This document shows, one piece after another, positions 15,686 to 27,492 of a stretch of 64,000 nt of DNA. The DNA is taken from positions 61,422 through 125,421 of IMG/VR virus record IMGVR_UViG_3300007609_000008. One strand, 5' to 3'. Made by a program: the position numbers and the translations under genes. The stretch is from a virus. The number at the start of each line of letters is the position of its first letter. Positions within the stretch are counted from its first letter, which is position 1. The notes under the pieces are model-generated. The model made no database searches. It saw only the letters and a program-made list of their open reading frames with translations, and was not told the origin of the DNA.

Positions 15686-16632
15686 AAATATTTGTTAGCA
15701 TAGTATCTTTTAGAGATCCCTTATTAAAATACACTGTTAAAAGCCTGTTAGAAGAACAGTCAGGCGACAATGAAATTATAATAGGCATATTCGAACAGAC
15801 AAAATTAGAAGACAGTCTTGTTACTATCGATAAAGAGCTAACAGAGAAGCATAATATTAGATATAAGCGAATTGATCCTGAGTATGCAGCAGGAGTAGTT
15901 TGGGCCAGAAAAATAAATGCAACTCAAATTGAAGATGAAGACTTCTTCTATCAAGTAGATTCACACATTCTATACGATAGAAACTGGGACAGATACTTGT
16001 TGCAAGATTGGGAACTCGCTAGACAAAAAGCAGAAAGTAGTAGAGTAATTTTGACTGCGGCATGTTATATTTACACGCTCGATGAGGACGGCATTCCTAA
16101 TAAAGTAACACATAAAGATAATCCATACACCACTTCTTCTAAGTATTTTACTTTCCAAAGACACAATAGATTACCTGCTGCTCATGGTGAATGGATACCT
16201 AAGACTGATGAGGTCATGCCAGCAATTCATATTTTTGCAGGCAATTTTTTTGCTCCTGTAAAGTGGGTTGATGATGTAGGGTATGACGCTAGAATATTCT
16301 TCGAAGGCGAAGAGCAATATATGGTATTAAAATCTTTCATACAAGGTTGGAATTTATATCATTCACGAGAAATGCATTGTTATCATTATGCAGAAGCGCA
16401 CAATCACGTAACAAAGCACTGGATAGATCCTGTTTCAAACAATTACACTACCATGATGGCAAAGGGACTCTTGTATTGGAAGAAATTTTTAGAGAGCATA
16501 TCCGAAGAAGACTTAAAAAAATATTATGAATATTCTGGTGTTGATTATATAAATGGTATAATTGAAGAAAGAGCATTCACCCGCCAAATCATAGATCCTA
16601 ACGCAACTGGTACTCCAGACTCAGAAGACTAG
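15682..16632 (+). CDS. GT60 / Skp1-hydroxyproline GlcNAc-transferase (Gnt1)-like glycosyltransferase
   Basis: IFVSIVSFRD, GIFEQ, G..WAR, QVDSH..YD.NWD, AGNFF, FEGEE match the Gnt1-family motif order as recalled. Confidence 0.82.
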   Translation: MKIFVSIVSFRDPLLKYTVKSLLEEQSGDNEIIIGIFEQTKLEDSLVTIDKELTEKHNIRYKRIDPEYAAGVVWARKINATQIEDEDFFYQVDSHILYDRNWDRYLLQDWELARQKAESSRVILTAACYIYTLDEDGIPNKVTHKDNPYTTSSKYFTFQRHNRLPAAHGEWIPKTDEVMPAIHIFAGNFFAPVKWVDDVGYDARIFFEGEEQYMVLKSFIQGWNLYHSREMHCYHYAEAHNHVTKHWIDPVSNNYTTMMAKGLLYWKKFLESISEEDLKKYYEYSGVDYINGIIEERAFTRQIIDPNATGTPDSED

Positions 16633-16651
16633 TCTAACTTTATAATTCTGT

Positions 16652-16659
16652 TATAAATA
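16652..16659 (+). promoter_or_regulatory. late promoter TATAAATA for gp48
   Basis: Exact consensus. Confidence 0.8.
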
Positions 16660-16692
16660 AACAAGAAGTCATATTTAAAAACAGGAATTATA

Positions 16693-17964
16693 ATGCCAGA
16701 TTTTTTCACCAATCTAGTAGGTCAATTCGGAGATGCTCTTGAAAGTGGAGCTGAGGCTGTTTCGAATGCTGTTTCGGATATTGCGGATGAGGCATTCGAC
16801 AAAGCTAGAGCATTAGGCAGTAAACTAGACGGAGAAAATGTCTGGGAAGACGATCAGCCTCTGACTGGTGACGAAAAAAATAGACTAGACAAGTATATTT
16901 TCTCATCTGCAACTTCGCTTGAATATCCTTTAAAAGTAGGCGAAGAAGATTCAAGAGCGCCAGAACAACTTCACAGCGTCCGTTTTAGTATTCTTGCAAG
17001 AGAAAATAGTAGAGTTGCTCAAGAAACTACCGGTCTTGGTCAAGATCTGGAACGAGAATGGGCAGGACCAGTTGCACCAAGTACGACTCTCGCAGAATCA
17101 GCACCTGTAGATGACACTGATCGAAACAGGCTATCAGCAGATCAAAGACGAGCAGTTGCCCTTCTGAGTTCTGGTGTAGCAGGCGCAGCTCTTGGACTTT
17201 CTGTCGTAGGATCAAAAGGAAATCTACCAGGAAAGGCTGTTTCTGGCTTACTAGGCGGCACATTGGCAGCTGGAGGCGGAGCTGCCGTGATAGAGAGTGT
17301 AAGAACTGTCAGAACCCTTGGTCAAATCAATCTTTTCATATCTCAGCCACCTATCTCTAAGTACAGCGCAAACTGGGAAAACAAAGAATTAGGAGCACTT
17401 GCAGGACTAAGTGACACTGAATTCAATATTTCTGATCTTTTGAAGGGCGCTGGAGGAGTTGGAGAATTAGGAATAAGAGGCGCAATTAAAGCAGCAGCTA
17501 ACTTGCCTTCACAATTTGGTTTAACAGGAGAACTAGGAGCGGCTGTTGATTTAGCTTCTGCTAAGGTCGCTAACCCATACAAAGAACAACTATTTACTAG
17601 TATGGGATTTCGTCAATTCGCATTTAATTATAAATTTGCTCCCAAAAATTTACCAGAATATGAAAATGTAAAAAGGATTATTGATCTGTTTAAGTATCAT
17701 ATGCATCCTGAAAATGATCCTACCGGTCTATTCTTAGAATATCCTTCTGAATTTGAAATAGAATATTGCTATAAAGGAAACAGAAACAAACATCTAAATA
17801 AAATATCTGCGTGTGCTTTAACAGACATAAAAATAACATATGGCAATCAAGATGCTTTTACTACATTTATGGGAACAGATGGTGCACCAGTAGAAATTAA
17901 TTTAGAGTTAGCATTTACCGAACTTGAAACCCTAACCAATAATAGAATAGCGGATGGATTCTAA
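16693..17964 (+). CDS. gp48: baseplate tail tube cap
   Basis: NPYKEQLF..MGFRQFAFNYKF.PKN..E...II..FKYHMHP, P.EF.I.Y, CALTDI...Y. Confidence 0.9.
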   Translation: MPDFFTNLVGQFGDALESGAEAVSNAVSDIADEAFDKARALGSKLDGENVWEDDQPLTGDEKNRLDKYIFSSATSLEYPLKVGEEDSRAPEQLHSVRFSILARENSRVAQETTGLGQDLEREWAGPVAPSTTLAESAPVDDTDRNRLSADQRRAVALLSSGVAGAALGLSVVGSKGNLPGKAVSGLLGGTLAAGGGAAVIESVRTVRTLGQINLFISQPPISKYSANWENKELGALAGLSDTEFNISDLLKGAGGVGELGIRGAIKAAANLPSQFGLTGELGAAVDLASAKVANPYKEQLFTSMGFRQFAFNYKFAPKNLPEYENVKRIIDLFKYHMHPENDPTGLFLEYPSEFEIEYCYKGNRNKHLNKISACALTDIKITYGNQDAFTTFMGTDGAPVEINLELAFTELETLTNNRIADGF

Positions 17965-18470
17965 TGTTTTTTAAAGCAATGCCACGATTATCTTATAAAG
18001 CTGGCGATAAAACAATACTATCAAAAGATATATTCAGACGAGTTGGTCTGGATAGAAGAATAAATAGTAAATTAGCATTACAAGCATATTATGTAAAAGA
18101 CGGCGAGACGCCTGAAATGTTGGCGAACAACTTTTACAGCACCTCTAAATATCATTGGATATTATTAACGGTCAATGATATTGTAAATGTAAACGAAGAG
18201 TGGCCTAAAAGCCAGGCGCTACTTTATGATTATGCCCAACTAAAATATGGAACAGAGAACATTCTCAATGATCACCATTATCGACTTACTGCTAACACTT
18301 CGATTACAGTAGATTATGATGCAACTGCAATTAATGACGGAACAATACAAGCAGTTTCAAATTTAGATTATGAGATAGATGAGAATGAAAAAAAGAGACA
18401 GATATATATTTTGAAGCCAGAATTTTTGGCACAGTTTGTTACTAATTATAAGAGTTTGATGGCACAATAA
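17964..18470 (+). CDS. gp53: baseplate wedge subunit (LysM-like)
   Basis: FFKAMP.L.Y, Y.VKDGETPE.LA..FY....YHWIIL..NDI.N...EWP, NEKKRQI.ILKP. Confidence 0.92.
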   Translation: MFFKAMPRLSYKAGDKTILSKDIFRRVGLDRRINSKLALQAYYVKDGETPEMLANNFYSTSKYHWILLTVNDIVNVNEEWPKSQALLYDYAQLKYGTENILNDHHYRLTANTSITVDYDATAINDGTIQAVSNLDYEIDENEKKRQIYILKPEFLAQFVTNYKSLMAQ

Positions 18471-18471
18471 A

Positions 18472-19833
18472 ATGGAAGAAGAAGTTCTCATACATGCGGG
18501 TGACTTTAAGTTAGAAAAGTTAATCATCTCAAGTCTTAGCACTGAAACATCTGCTGATATTACAGATTTTATGATGGAGATAAATCTCTATGAGGACTTA
18601 TTTTCGCCCTGCATGACTGGCAACTTAATTATAGCAGACGCAGCTAATCTAATATCAAACCTTCCTATTTTAGGAAACGAATACATCACAATAAAACTTA
18701 GAACTCCTTCACTTGAAGATAGTCCAGAAAATGTGATAGAAAAAACTTTTCAGATATATGCTATCTATGATAGAATCTTGAATGATGATAGATCTCAATA
18801 TTATAACATTTCATTCATGTCTATTGAAGGATATGAACAGCAAACAACTACGATAACAAAGTCTTACAGCGGTACAACTGATGCTGTCGCACAGAGCATA
18901 TATGAAGAATACTTAGAACTCGACAGACCTTTGGTAATTCTTGATACTCCTCATACAAGAAAAGTTAAGTATGTTTCTAATCATTGGTCTCCTTTTAAAA
19001 ATATGAATTTTATAGCAAAAAAAGCAAAAGGATCTTCGTTATTAGGATCTGATTATCTTTTCTTTGAATCAAATAAGGCATTTTATTTTACAAGCATAGA
19101 AAGTTTAATATATGCACAGAGAAATGAATCAGTCTTTGATGAATATGTTTTAGAAAGAGATGGTGCAAAGATGCCAAGAAGAATAAGTGATTTAGGTTTT
19201 GTTGGCAATAAAATGCCAGATGATATGACTCGGATTGAAAATCTAAAAATGCTTACCTCTGTTGATGTTATGGATGGAAACAACAAAGGAGCATTTTCTT
19301 CTAGTCTAGATGGTTATGATTTGTACACAAAAAAAATTGTGAGTAAAACATTTGACTTTACAAAAGACATGAACAAATTTTACAAGACTGGTCCTACAAA
19401 CATAGTACCATCAAATATAAAAAGAAATCCATTAGCAAAAAAAGATTTTTACTCTTTAAACACTGGTCTATATAACGATTACGGACTAACAGACGAAGAA
19501 GATTTGCCTGATGGATCTACAGCAAACTATACAGTAGACAGAATTCTTTTTAGACAAAGCTATCTTAATTCGTTTGAAAACAATAAATTTTTAATGACGA
19601 TTCCTGGTAGAACTGACATACAAGTAGGCAACTTAATAAGTCTATTGCATCCGTCTCCTGAGCCACCATCTGATGATTTGACTGCGGTTTTAGATCCTAT
19701 GTTGTCTGGTCTTTATATTATTTCAGCTATTCGACACAAGATAACTTCTGATAGACATGTGATGGAAACAGAATTGATAAAGAATGGATTATCTTCTTCC
19801 CCTGAAAATGGTAATCTTGAAGGAGAAGAATAG
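18472..19833 (+). CDS. baseplate hub protein (gp27-like)
   Basis: EINLYEDLFSPCMTG.L.I.D, IPGRTDIQVG.LI, SG.YIISAIRH; lies between gp53 and gp5. Confidence 0.72.
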   Translation: MEEEVLIHAGDFKLEKLIISSLSTETSADITDFMMEINLYEDLFSPCMTGNLIIADAANLISNLPILGNEYITIKLRTPSLEDSPENVIEKTFQIYAIYDRILNDDRSQYYNISFMSIEGYEQQTTTITKSYSGTTDAVAQSIYEEYLELDRPLVILDTPHTRKVKYVSNHWSPFKNMNFIAKKAKGSSLLGSDYLFFESNKAFYFTSIESLIYAQRNESVFDEYVLERDGAKMPRRISDLGFVGNKMPDDMTRIENLKMLTSVDVMDGNNKGAFSSSLDGYDLYTKKIVSKTFDFTKDMNKFYKTGPTNIVPSNIKRNPLAKKDFYSLNTGLYNDYGLTDEEDLPDGSTANYTVDRILFRQSYLNSFENNKFLMTIPGRTDIQVGNLISLLHPSPEPPSDDLTAVLDPMLSGLYIISAIRHKITSDRHVMETELIKNGLSSSPENGNLEGEE

Positions 19834-21354
19834 ATGTATCCTAATTTTAAATGGTGGATAGGTGTAGTAGAAGATAGAGCTGATCCCGCTCAGTTGGGTA
19901 GATGTAAAGTAAGAATCATAGGTTATCACACCAATAATACAACTGATTTACCAAAGAGCGAATTGCCCTGGGCAGTTCCTATGATGCCTATGACATCTGC
20001 CAGTATCTCTGGTGTAGGAGAAACTCCTTCTTATGTCGAAGGATCTACCGTAGTCGGTTTTTTTAGTGATGGAGATGACGAACAAGTTCCTATAATTTTT
20101 GGCACTCTTCCTGGAAAGCCAAGAAACAAAAGAGATCCATCAGAAGGATTTGCTGATCCTCATGGAGTATTTCCTAGAGAAGGCGAAAATGGTCTTAACG
20201 GTCTTCAAGAATCAGACATGTCAAGACTTGCTAGAAATGCAGTTGCAGAAGGTCATTTAACGCTAGTTAATAAAAGAGCAACTCGTCTAGGTGAAAAGAA
20301 ACAACCAGACCCTGAAGCAAATGAAGTGCCAAGAGCAACTGCTCCTCGTGTAACGTCTATCAGTGAAGATATACCAGGGGCAGTTTATGATCGAGAGATG
20401 TGGGAAGAGCCTCATCCAAGATTTGGAGATACAGATACTGGTGATTATAATGCGCCGAATCAAGTACCAAATCTGAATGGCAAGACCTCGGCATATCCTT
20501 ATAACAAAGTAACTGAAACTGAAACTGGCCATGTTTTTGAAGTAGATGACACACCCAACAATGGTAGAATACACGAATATCATAATGCAGGTACTTTTTA
20601 TGAGATACAGGCAGATGGATCTAAAATTACAAAAGTTGTCGGTGATGAATACGAGATAACTCTGCTGGACAAAAAAGTTTATGTTAAGGGTACATGTGAT
20701 GTTACTATTGGAGGCGATGCTAGACTTCTAGTGACCGGAGACATGTATCAAGAAATTGGCGGCAATTTATATACAACAGTAGGAAAAAACCGAGTTACTA
20801 AAATTGTAGGAAATGATTTGACAGAAGTTTTGTCAGGACAGAGCACCAACGTCACTCGGGATTCTTCTTTTAAAACTACTGGCAATCATACAGTAAATAT
20901 ATCAAAAGATTATACAGAAACAACTGTCGGTAATAAATTTTCTTTTGTGGCAGAAAGCAGCAGATCACATGTACTGAAAAGCACAAGTATTGTCTCGGGA
21001 CTAGGAGTTAAAATTCTTAGTGCAACTGGCAATCTGAAACTACTAGCGCCGATTGGAACATTAAAGGCTATTAGTTTAAATATGTCACTTAAGGCTACTT
21101 TAAATCAATCTATCACCGGTTCTGTGCAGCTAGTAGAAGCAAAGTCGTTGCAGACTCTATCTTCATTAGGAGCACAAGTATTGACATCAACGGCACAGCA
21201 GACAGTAGCACCTGCTAGAAGTATTATAGGCAACACAACCCACACAGGAAACTATACTGTGATTGGTGTTGCTAGTGGCACTATAGTTAGACAAGGCGCA
21301 ATTGTACTAGGAACACATAGACATCCAGCTAACATGACACCACCGGTACCGTAG
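19834..21354 (+). CDS. gp5: baseplate central spike (no lysozyme domain)
   Basis: WWIGVVEDRADP.QLGRCKVRI.GYH OB fold, YPYNKV.ET.TGHVFE.DDTP, beta-helix repeats, terminal GTHRHP. Confidence 0.93.
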   Translation: MYPNFKWWIGVVEDRADPAQLGRCKVRIIGYHTNNTTDLPKSELPWAVPMMPMTSASISGVGETPSYVEGSTVVGFFSDGDDEQVPIIFGTLPGKPRNKRDPSEGFADPHGVFPREGENGLNGLQESDMSRLARNAVAEGHLTLVNKRATRLGEKKQPDPEANEVPRATAPRVTSISEDIPGAVYDREMWEEPHPRFGDTDTGDYNAPNQVPNLNGKTSAYPYNKVTETETGHVFEVDDTPNNGRIHEYHNAGTFYEIQADGSKITKVVGDEYEITLLDKKVYVKGTCDVTIGGDARLLVTGDMYQEIGGNLYTTVGKNRVTKIVGNDLTEVLSGQSTNVTRDSSFKTTGNHTVNISKDYTETTVGNKFSFVAESSRSHVLKSTSIVSGLGVKILSATGNLKLLAPIGTLKAISLNMSLKATLNQSITGSVQLVEAKSLQTLSSLGAQVLTSTAQQTVAPARSIIGNTTHTGNYTVIGVASGTIVRQGAIVLGTHRHPANMTPPVP

Positions 21355-21363
21355 GAATAATAT

Positions 21364-21993
21364 ATGAGTTTATGCGGCGCAACTGAAAAACTAGTAGAAC
21401 TTACTGATAGTTTTTTGACACAAGACGAACTGATAGATAAAGTTATCGATGAGCTTCCTATCACTCCTGCACAAGGCCAGTCTATTCAAGATGCAATTGA
21501 AATCGCTCTTATTGCAACCGATGCAGCGGCTTTGCAGTCTTTAGTCACTGCAAAAATAAAAGAACATCTTCCAGAAATAGAAGTGCCAGAAGAAATAAAA
21601 GGACTTCAATCTGATATTCAGTCTTTTGCTTCTGACATTTTAGCAGCCAAACTGGCAGCGGAAGATATTGCAAACGAAGTCAATAATTTAAAAACAAAAT
21701 ACAGCGGATTAGATTTAGGAGATGTTGATATTCAAGATATTCCTAAACTCTTAAAACAAGGTGCTCTTGATCTGAATAATCTTTGTAAAAAGATACCTAA
21801 CTTCGAAGAGGACGGTGCTGGATTTGTCTTGAAAGGTACTCCAATAACTACACCAAATTCTAGTCCTGTGTTCGATCTATTAGGAATAGAAATACCAGAA
21901 ATACAAGATTTTGTTTATAGAATACAAGAAGTAAAACAAGCGAAAGAAGAATCTTTTATTGACGTAGAACTCCCAGAATCTATAGGACTATAA
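21364..21993 (+). CDS. hypothetical protein
   Basis: ORF between gp5 and gp25. Confidence 0.6.
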   Translation: MSLCGATEKLVELTDSFLTQDELIDKVIDELPITPAQGQSIQDAIEIALIATDAAALQSLVTAKIKEHLPEIEVPEEIKGLQSDIQSFASDILAAKLAAEDIANEVNNLKTKYSGLDLGDVDIQDIPKLLKQGALDLNNLCKKIPNFEEDGAGFVLKGTPITTPNSSPVFDLLGIEIPEIQDFVYRIQEVKQAKEESFIDVELPESIGL

Positions 21994-22003
21994 CAAAAAG
22001 AGT

Positions 22004-22011
22004 TATAAATA
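22004..22011 (+). promoter_or_regulatory. late promoter TATAAATA for gp25
   Basis: Exact consensus 5 nt before the ATG. Confidence 0.75.
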
Positions 22012-22016
22012 CTAAA

Positions 22017-22421
22017 ATGGCAAACGACACTCTTAAAGTATCTAGACTATATAAAGATTTGGACTTAGCATTTAGTGCTAATCCACTGACCAGTGATGTC
22101 TCCAAAAAAATAGATGCAAATGCAGTAAAGCAAGCAATCAAAATATTAATGCTTACTAATTTCTATGAGCGCCCATTTGCTCCTCAAAAAGGAGCTAATT
22201 TAAGAGGGCTCTTGTTTGAGCCAATGAGTGCAAACTTTGCCAGCGTAATTGAAAGAACTATAACTGATTTAATTGGAAATTACGAACCAAGAGCTAGAAT
22301 TCAGTCTTTAATAGTAACTCCCAATTTTGATACAAATGCGTATGAAGTAACTTTGACATTTTTTATTGTAGGTATAACCAGACCTCAAACACTTACGGCC
22401 AACTTAAAAAGATTAAGGTAG
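22017..22421 (+). CDS. gp25: baseplate wedge subunit
   Basis: YKDLDL.F..NP.T.DV, AVKQAIK.L..TN..ERPF.P..G, I..YEPRA. Confidence 0.93.
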   Translation: MANDTLKVSRLYKDLDLAFSANPLTSDVSKKIDANAVKQAIKILMLTNFYERPFAPQKGANLRGLLFEPMSANFASVIERTITDLIGNYEPRARIQSLIVTPNFDTNAYEVTLTFFIVGITRPQTLTANLKRLR

Positions 22422-22425
22422 AACA

Positions 22426-24348
22426 ATGGCACAACTCAATGTAACAGAATTAGATTTCGATCAAATAAAACAGTCTTTAAAAACTTTCATGCAAGCGCAA
22501 GATGAATTTAGAGATTACGATTTTGAGGGTTCTGCGCTGTCTGTTTTATTGGATACGTTAGCTTACAATACTCATTACAATGCTGTCCTTGCTCACATGA
22601 TTGCAAACGAATCTTTTTTAGATTCCGCCATAAAAAGAAATTCAGTAGTCTCTATTGCAAAGTCTCTCGGGTATACTCCAAGGTCGAATAGAGCTGCTAC
22701 AGCATATGTTGATTTTTCTGTAAAGCCTGCTTCATCTTATACTAATATTAACTTTACTCTTTCTAGAGATACTGTTTTTACTTCACGTAATGGCACTACT
22801 TCTTTTAATTTTTACCCAGAGTCAGATGTCACTGCCGTGCTAGAGACTGTTGATGGGGTAGATAAATTTGTCTTCAATAATCTTGCTTTAAAAGAAGGCA
22901 CAAGAGTTACAAACAGATTCTTTATAGACTTAAATACTGTTTCGGGACCTCTTACTATACCAAATGAATCCATAGATACCAGTTCTTTGCGTGTTAGAGT
23001 TCAAACTTCTAATACAGATCTATCTATTCAAACATACACGTTGTCTACGGGCCTTCTAGATTTAAAAAGCGACACCCGAGCATATTTTGTAGAAGAGGGA
23101 CACGATGGAAAATATATCATTAGATTTGGTGATGATGTATTTGGCAAAAAGCTAGAACCAGGAAATATTGTAATTGTAGATTATCTGGTCTCATCGGGCG
23201 AAGCTGCCAACGGAGCTAGATCTTTTAGTGTCGCAGGGACATTGACTGCTGATGATGGAGCCGAGCTAGACAAAGAATTGAAGTTTTTTGAAAACACAGT
23301 TAGAGCTGCAGGCGGATCTGCTAGAGAAAGTATCGATAGCATAAGAAAAACAGCTCCAATCTATAACCAGACAAAAGAAAGAGCGGTAGCAGCATCAGAC
23401 TATAGAAGTCTTATCCTCGCAGAAAATCCTAGCGTTCAGTCGTGCTCTGTATGGGGAGGAGAAAATAATGATCCTCCTATTTATGGTAAAGTTTTTATTT
23501 CGTTGGATCCTGTTCAAGGCCAAATCATTACCGATGAGCTAAAAGACAACATTATAAACACTCTGATTTCTCCAAGAGCTCCCGTTGCTGTATTGCCAGA
23601 GTTTGTTGATCCTGAATATACCTATATAGGTTTAAGAGCTGGTATTGTTTACGATCCATCAAGAACATCTTTGACTTCTGGGCAAATATCTCAAGCAGCT
23701 AATACTGCAATTATAAACTATTTTAATACTGATTTGAATCAGTTGAATAAAAACTTTTACTACTCTGCTGTACATAATGTAGTTAAAGCTGTATCAGAAT
23801 CTATTGTTTCTGTAAATATAACTCCAACTTTACAAAAAAGAATTACTGCAATACTTGGAGAGAAAAGTAATTACAATTTTACATTTAATAGCAGAATACA
23901 ACCCAGAGAACTGCATAGTACATGGGCAAATATTAAAGTAACAGATACAATATATAAAGTTAAATTTCAAGATGTTCCAAATTCAGGTGTTGTACCTCCT
24001 GCTTACAATGGCACGGGAACGGTTTTCCTTGTAGATACAAGTGGAACTAGAATAGCAAATGTGGGTACAATAGACTACAGCACAGGAAAATTATCTTTAA
24101 ATGGAGTCAATGTAACTTCATTGTATGGTAATGAGAGTGAGTTAAAATTTAGAACTAGACCGCATGATGATTCGAAAGATATTGTAACTAGTACATTAAC
24201 ACGCCAATCTGACGTATCAAACGAAGCAGTGGTTGCAAAGCCTTCAAAAAATACAATTCTTACTCTTGACAATAGTGTATTTGACAGCACTGTAGGATTA
24301 AGAAAAGGATTGGAAATAGTAGTAACGACTGAAACCGAAGGTTATTAA
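22426..24348 (+). CDS. gp6: baseplate wedge subunit
   Basis: LDFDQIK..LK.F...QDEF.DYDFEGS.LS.LLD.LAYNTHY, RAV.ASDY, WGGE.N.PP.YGKVFIS. Confidence 0.95.
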   Translation: MAQLNVTELDFDQIKQSLKTFMQAQDEFRDYDFEGSALSVLLDTLAYNTHYNAVLAHMIANESFLDSAIKRNSVVSIAKSLGYTPRSNRAATAYVDFSVKPASSYTNINFTLSRDTVFTSRNGTTSFNFYPESDVTAVLETVDGVDKFVFNNLALKEGTRVTNRFFIDLNTVSGPLTIPNESIDTSSLRVRVQTSNTDLSIQTYTLSTGLLDLKSDTRAYFVEEGHDGKYIIRFGDDVFGKKLEPGNIVIVDYLVSSGEAANGARSFSVAGTLTADDGAELDKELKFFENTVRAAGGSARESIDSIRKTAPIYNQTKERAVAASDYRSLILAENPSVQSCSVWGGENNDPPIYGKVFISLDPVQGQIITDELKDNIINTLISPRAPVAVLPEFVDPEYTYIGLRAGIVYDPSRTSLTSGQISQAANTAIINYFNTDLNQLNKNFYYSAVHNVVKAVSESIVSVNITPTLQKRITAILGEKSNYNFTFNSRIQPRELHSTWANIKVTDTIYKVKFQDVPNSGVVPPAYNGTGTVFLVDTSGTRIANVGTIDYSTGKLSLNGVNVTSLYGNESELKFRTRPHDDSKDIVTSTLTRQSDVSNEAVVAKPSKNTILTLDNSVFDSTVGLRKGLEIVVTTETEGY

Positions 24349-27020
24349 TGGCACATCAAATACCAGAACATTTAAAATATGTATCTAGTATCACTATTGT
24401 AGATGGTGGTTCTAGTTACAGTAACAACAGCGATACTCCGCCAACCATAACAATTACTGGCGGAGGTGGTTCTGGTGCTACTGCTACGGCTTCGGTTTTT
24501 GATGGAGTAATAAACGCAGTAAATATAACAAACATAGGCACAGGTTATACAAGTATTCCTACTGTAACAGTAACGGATACAGAAGGAGGATCAGGATCTG
24601 GGGCTGTGCTTGAAGCTGTTCTTGCTTCTGCTATTGCAACACCAACAGAATATGAAGAGAAGAGCAGTGTTGGTGCAAAATATACTGTACCAGAATTTAT
24701 CCGTGAAGAATATTCTAAATTTGTTTCGTTTATTGAAAAGTATTACGAGTATATGGATTCAGATGGCAATCCTGCAAATCTTCTTTTAAATAAAAAGTAT
24801 TCAGATTTAGATGATATTAATGATGAAGAACTTAATCAAAGAGCACTTGAACTAGCTAAAGATTTTCCTCAGATACTACAAGCTGACAGAAAAAGTTTAC
24901 TCAAGAATATAAAAAGTATATATGAATCTAAAGGTTCTGCTAGATCAATTAAAGCATATTTTAAACTTATATACAATGAAGAAATCGAAGTTATTTATCC
25001 CAGTAAAAATATACTACGTGCTTCAGATGGTATATGGCTGCAAGATTCATATGTTTTTGCTTCTACGGGTTATAACAATTTTGAAGTTCAAAATTTAAAT
25101 GGAACAATTGCTGATTTAAAATATCATGAAACGGTGGGCTCGTTAGATTTAATCAGAACAATTCCCATAACTATTCCTCAAGTTTCTAAAATATCATACA
25201 CTTCTCCGCAAGTTTATTCTCTTCAAATAAAATTGCCAGAAGGAATAACTTCTATTCCCGGTCCAGGAGTAGGAGCAGAAGCAACAGCAACAGTATCCGG
25301 TGGTAAAGTCACAAATATAGAAGTGACGAATGGTGGCTTACAGTATTCAGCAGCTCCTGCTGTAGTGTTGTCTGGTGCTGGCAGCGGCGAAGATTTCTCA
25401 GCAAGAGCAGTTTTGACTGATGGAGTTATAACCTCAGTTGTTATACTCGATGCTGGTTCGGGTTATACAGATGGAACTTATTCTCTTACATTCGATACTT
25501 CTAATCTTCGTACAGTTATTGTTGACAGAGGAGCAAGCACTGATCTAGAAAATATTAAAGCCTATGTAGATCGTTGCTTGACGTCCGTATCTGCTGCTCC
25601 GTATACGGGCATAATAATAGCTACTAGAATTGTTGTTGGTAGAGAATATAGAATTGTTACTTCAGGATCAAGCGACTTTACTTTGATCGGCGCTGAAGAC
25701 AATGACATAGGAACAGTTTTTACAGCAACAGCATCAGGTAGCGGCTCGGGTACAGTTATTCGTACTGGAACTCTAGATGCAGGATTTTCTATAGGACAAA
25801 TCTATAGAATCAACGAAATAGATGGCAACAACAATGCTATAATTCGAATTCAATCTATTGATAATAGAAATGCTCCCACTGCATTTTCAATTATAAATCC
25901 TGGAAGACAATTTACCGAAGCAGAATTTAACGTAGGAATAGGCTCTAATTTACGAGAATCTGTTATTCTAACATTAAACACTGGATATCTGTATGCAGAA
26001 GAAGGTAAGTTTAAAGACGATAGAGGCAAACTTTCAGACGCCAACCGTATACAAGACAATTTTAGATATCAAAGTTATTCTTATATAATTAAGTCCACCC
26101 TGCCTGAAAGCACTTGGAAAAAAAGATTTAAAGACATAATGCATCCTGCTGGCATGGAAGTGTTTGGTGATCTAATTATCAAACATAATGTTGGTTTTGG
26201 TCAATTCTTTACAATAGAAGCTGAAGGATTACATTTACACGAGTTTAAGACTGAAGACATCGTTACTTCACCAGATGTCGTAACAATTGTTGTTCAATGG
26301 GTAAGAGCATTCCCAAATCTTGATGATAACGGATTTGATCCAGTAGATCCAGACAGCGAAACAGTATATACAACAGATGCAGAATCATTCAATTTTGGTA
26401 AAAACCCTGTAGACATAGCTACTACGAGTGATGATTACGCAGACGATTTATATGTAGAATCAGACTATTTACCTTTTGCATATCATGGTCCAGGTGTATT
26501 CAAACTGATCAATAAAGTGTTGACATCACAGGCAGAAGCGTCAGAGTTGTTGAGTATAGCAATGGATTATTCTAGGTCATTTGCAGATACTTTTACTGCG
26601 ACCGAATCTTTTTCTGCGCTAGTTGAAAAGCCTTTCACTGAGGTTGTAAATATATCTGAAGTATTTGATTATTCATATTTATTACAAAGATTCTTCTCAG
26701 ACACGGTAGGAACGTCTGACGAGTATGACAACTCTCTATATGTTGAGCTAGGGTATTTACCAGATTTATACCATGGTCCAGGTGTGTTTAAACACGTGGA
26801 TAAAGTCTTTTCTAATAATCTTACAGCAGGTTCAACATCTGTTATAAATACAACTAAGCTATTTACAGAAACAAAAACAATTAGTGAAGAAGTAGTCAAA
26901 ACAATTTCTTTACCAAATTCAGAAGATATTACTGCATCAGATTCTGGTGTAGCAACCATACAAGACTATGCGCCAACATACTTTGCTGAAGATTATGTTG
27001 GAGCAAGTTACTCTTTTTAA
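24348..27020 (+). CDS. gp7: baseplate wedge initiator (gp7-like)
   Basis: [50 protein letters not shown]. Confidence 0.8.
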   Translation: MAHQIPEHLKYVSSITIVDGGSSYSNNSDTPPTITITGGGGSGATATASVFDGVINAVNITNIGTGYTSIPTVTVTDTEGGSGSGAVLEAVLASAIATPTEYEEKSSVGAKYTVPEFIREEYSKFVSFIEKYYEYMDSDGNPANLLLNKKYSDLDDINDEELNQRALELAKDFPQILQADRKSLLKNIKSIYESKGSARSIKAYFKLIYNEEIEVIYPSKNILRASDGIWLQDSYVFASTGYNNFEVQNLNGTIADLKYHETVGSLDLIRTIPITIPQVSKISYTSPQVYSLQIKLPEGITSIPGPGVGAEATATVSGGKVTNIEVTNGGLQYSAAPAVVLSGAGSGEDFSARAVLTDGVITSVVILDAGSGYTDGTYSLTFDTSNLRTVIVDRGASTDLENIKAYVDRCLTSVSAAPYTGIIIATRIVVGREYRIVTSGSSDFTLIGAEDNDIGTVFTATASGSGSGTVIRTGTLDAGFSIGQIYRINEIDGNNNAIIRIQSIDNRNAPTAFSIINPGRQFTEAEFNVGIGSNLRESVILTLNTGYLYAEEGKFKDDRGKLSDANRIQDNFRYQSYSYIIKSTLPESTWKKRFKDIMHPAGMEVFGDLIIKHNVGFGQFFTIEAEGLHLHEFKTEDIVTSPDVVTIVVQWVRAFPNLDDNGFDPVDPDSETVYTTDAESFNFGKNPVDIATTSDDYADDLYVESDYLPFAYHGPGVFKLINKVLTSQAEASELLSIAMDYSRSFADTFTATESFSALVEKPFTEVVNISEVFDYSYLLQRFFSDTVGTSDEYDNSLYVELGYLPDLYHGPGVFKHVDKVFSNNLTAGSTSVINTTKLFTETKTISEEVVKTISLPNSEDITASDSGVATIQDYAPTYFAEDYVGASYSF

Positions 27021-27036
27021 ACAACGGAGAAACAAA

Positions 27037-27480
27037 ATGATCACAAATGAAAAAACTAAGGCCACTGGAATGGTTAACATTGTTGTGTCTGACAGCAATG
27101 GTAAAGTAAAGCAAGAAGTTACTGTTCCAAATCTAGTAGTTACTACTGGACTGAATTTTATTGCATCGAGAATGGAAGGCACTGATGCTGACATTATGTC
27201 TCACATGGCAGTAGGCACAGACGATACTGCTGCTGCTGTTTCTGATACAGCTCTCTTAAACGAAGAAGCACGAGTTTCATTAGATAGTGGAGAGGCTACT
27301 GGCAATGATATGGTATATACAGCTACTTATCCTGCCGGAACAGGAACCGCTTCATTGACTGAAGCAGGTATCTTCAATGATGCTACAGCTGGCACTATGC
27401 TTTGCCGTACCGTATTTGCAGTAATCAACAAAGGTGCAGCAGATTCAATGACCGTCACCTGGACCATTACAATCTCTTAA
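27037..27480 (+). CDS. virion structural protein
   Basis: NLVVTTGLN.IA, MAVGTD, TEAGIFN..TAGTML.RTVF; start 27037 after GGAG (ORF track starts 26968). Confidence 0.7.
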   Translation: MITNEKTKATGMVNIVVSDSNGKVKQEVTVPNLVVTTGLNFIASRMEGTDADIMSHMAVGTDDTAAAVSDTALLNEEARVSLDSGEATGNDMVYTATYPAGTGTASLTEAGIFNDATAGTMLCRTVFAVINKGAADSMTVTWTITIS

Positions 27481-27492
27481 TAGGTAAACATA

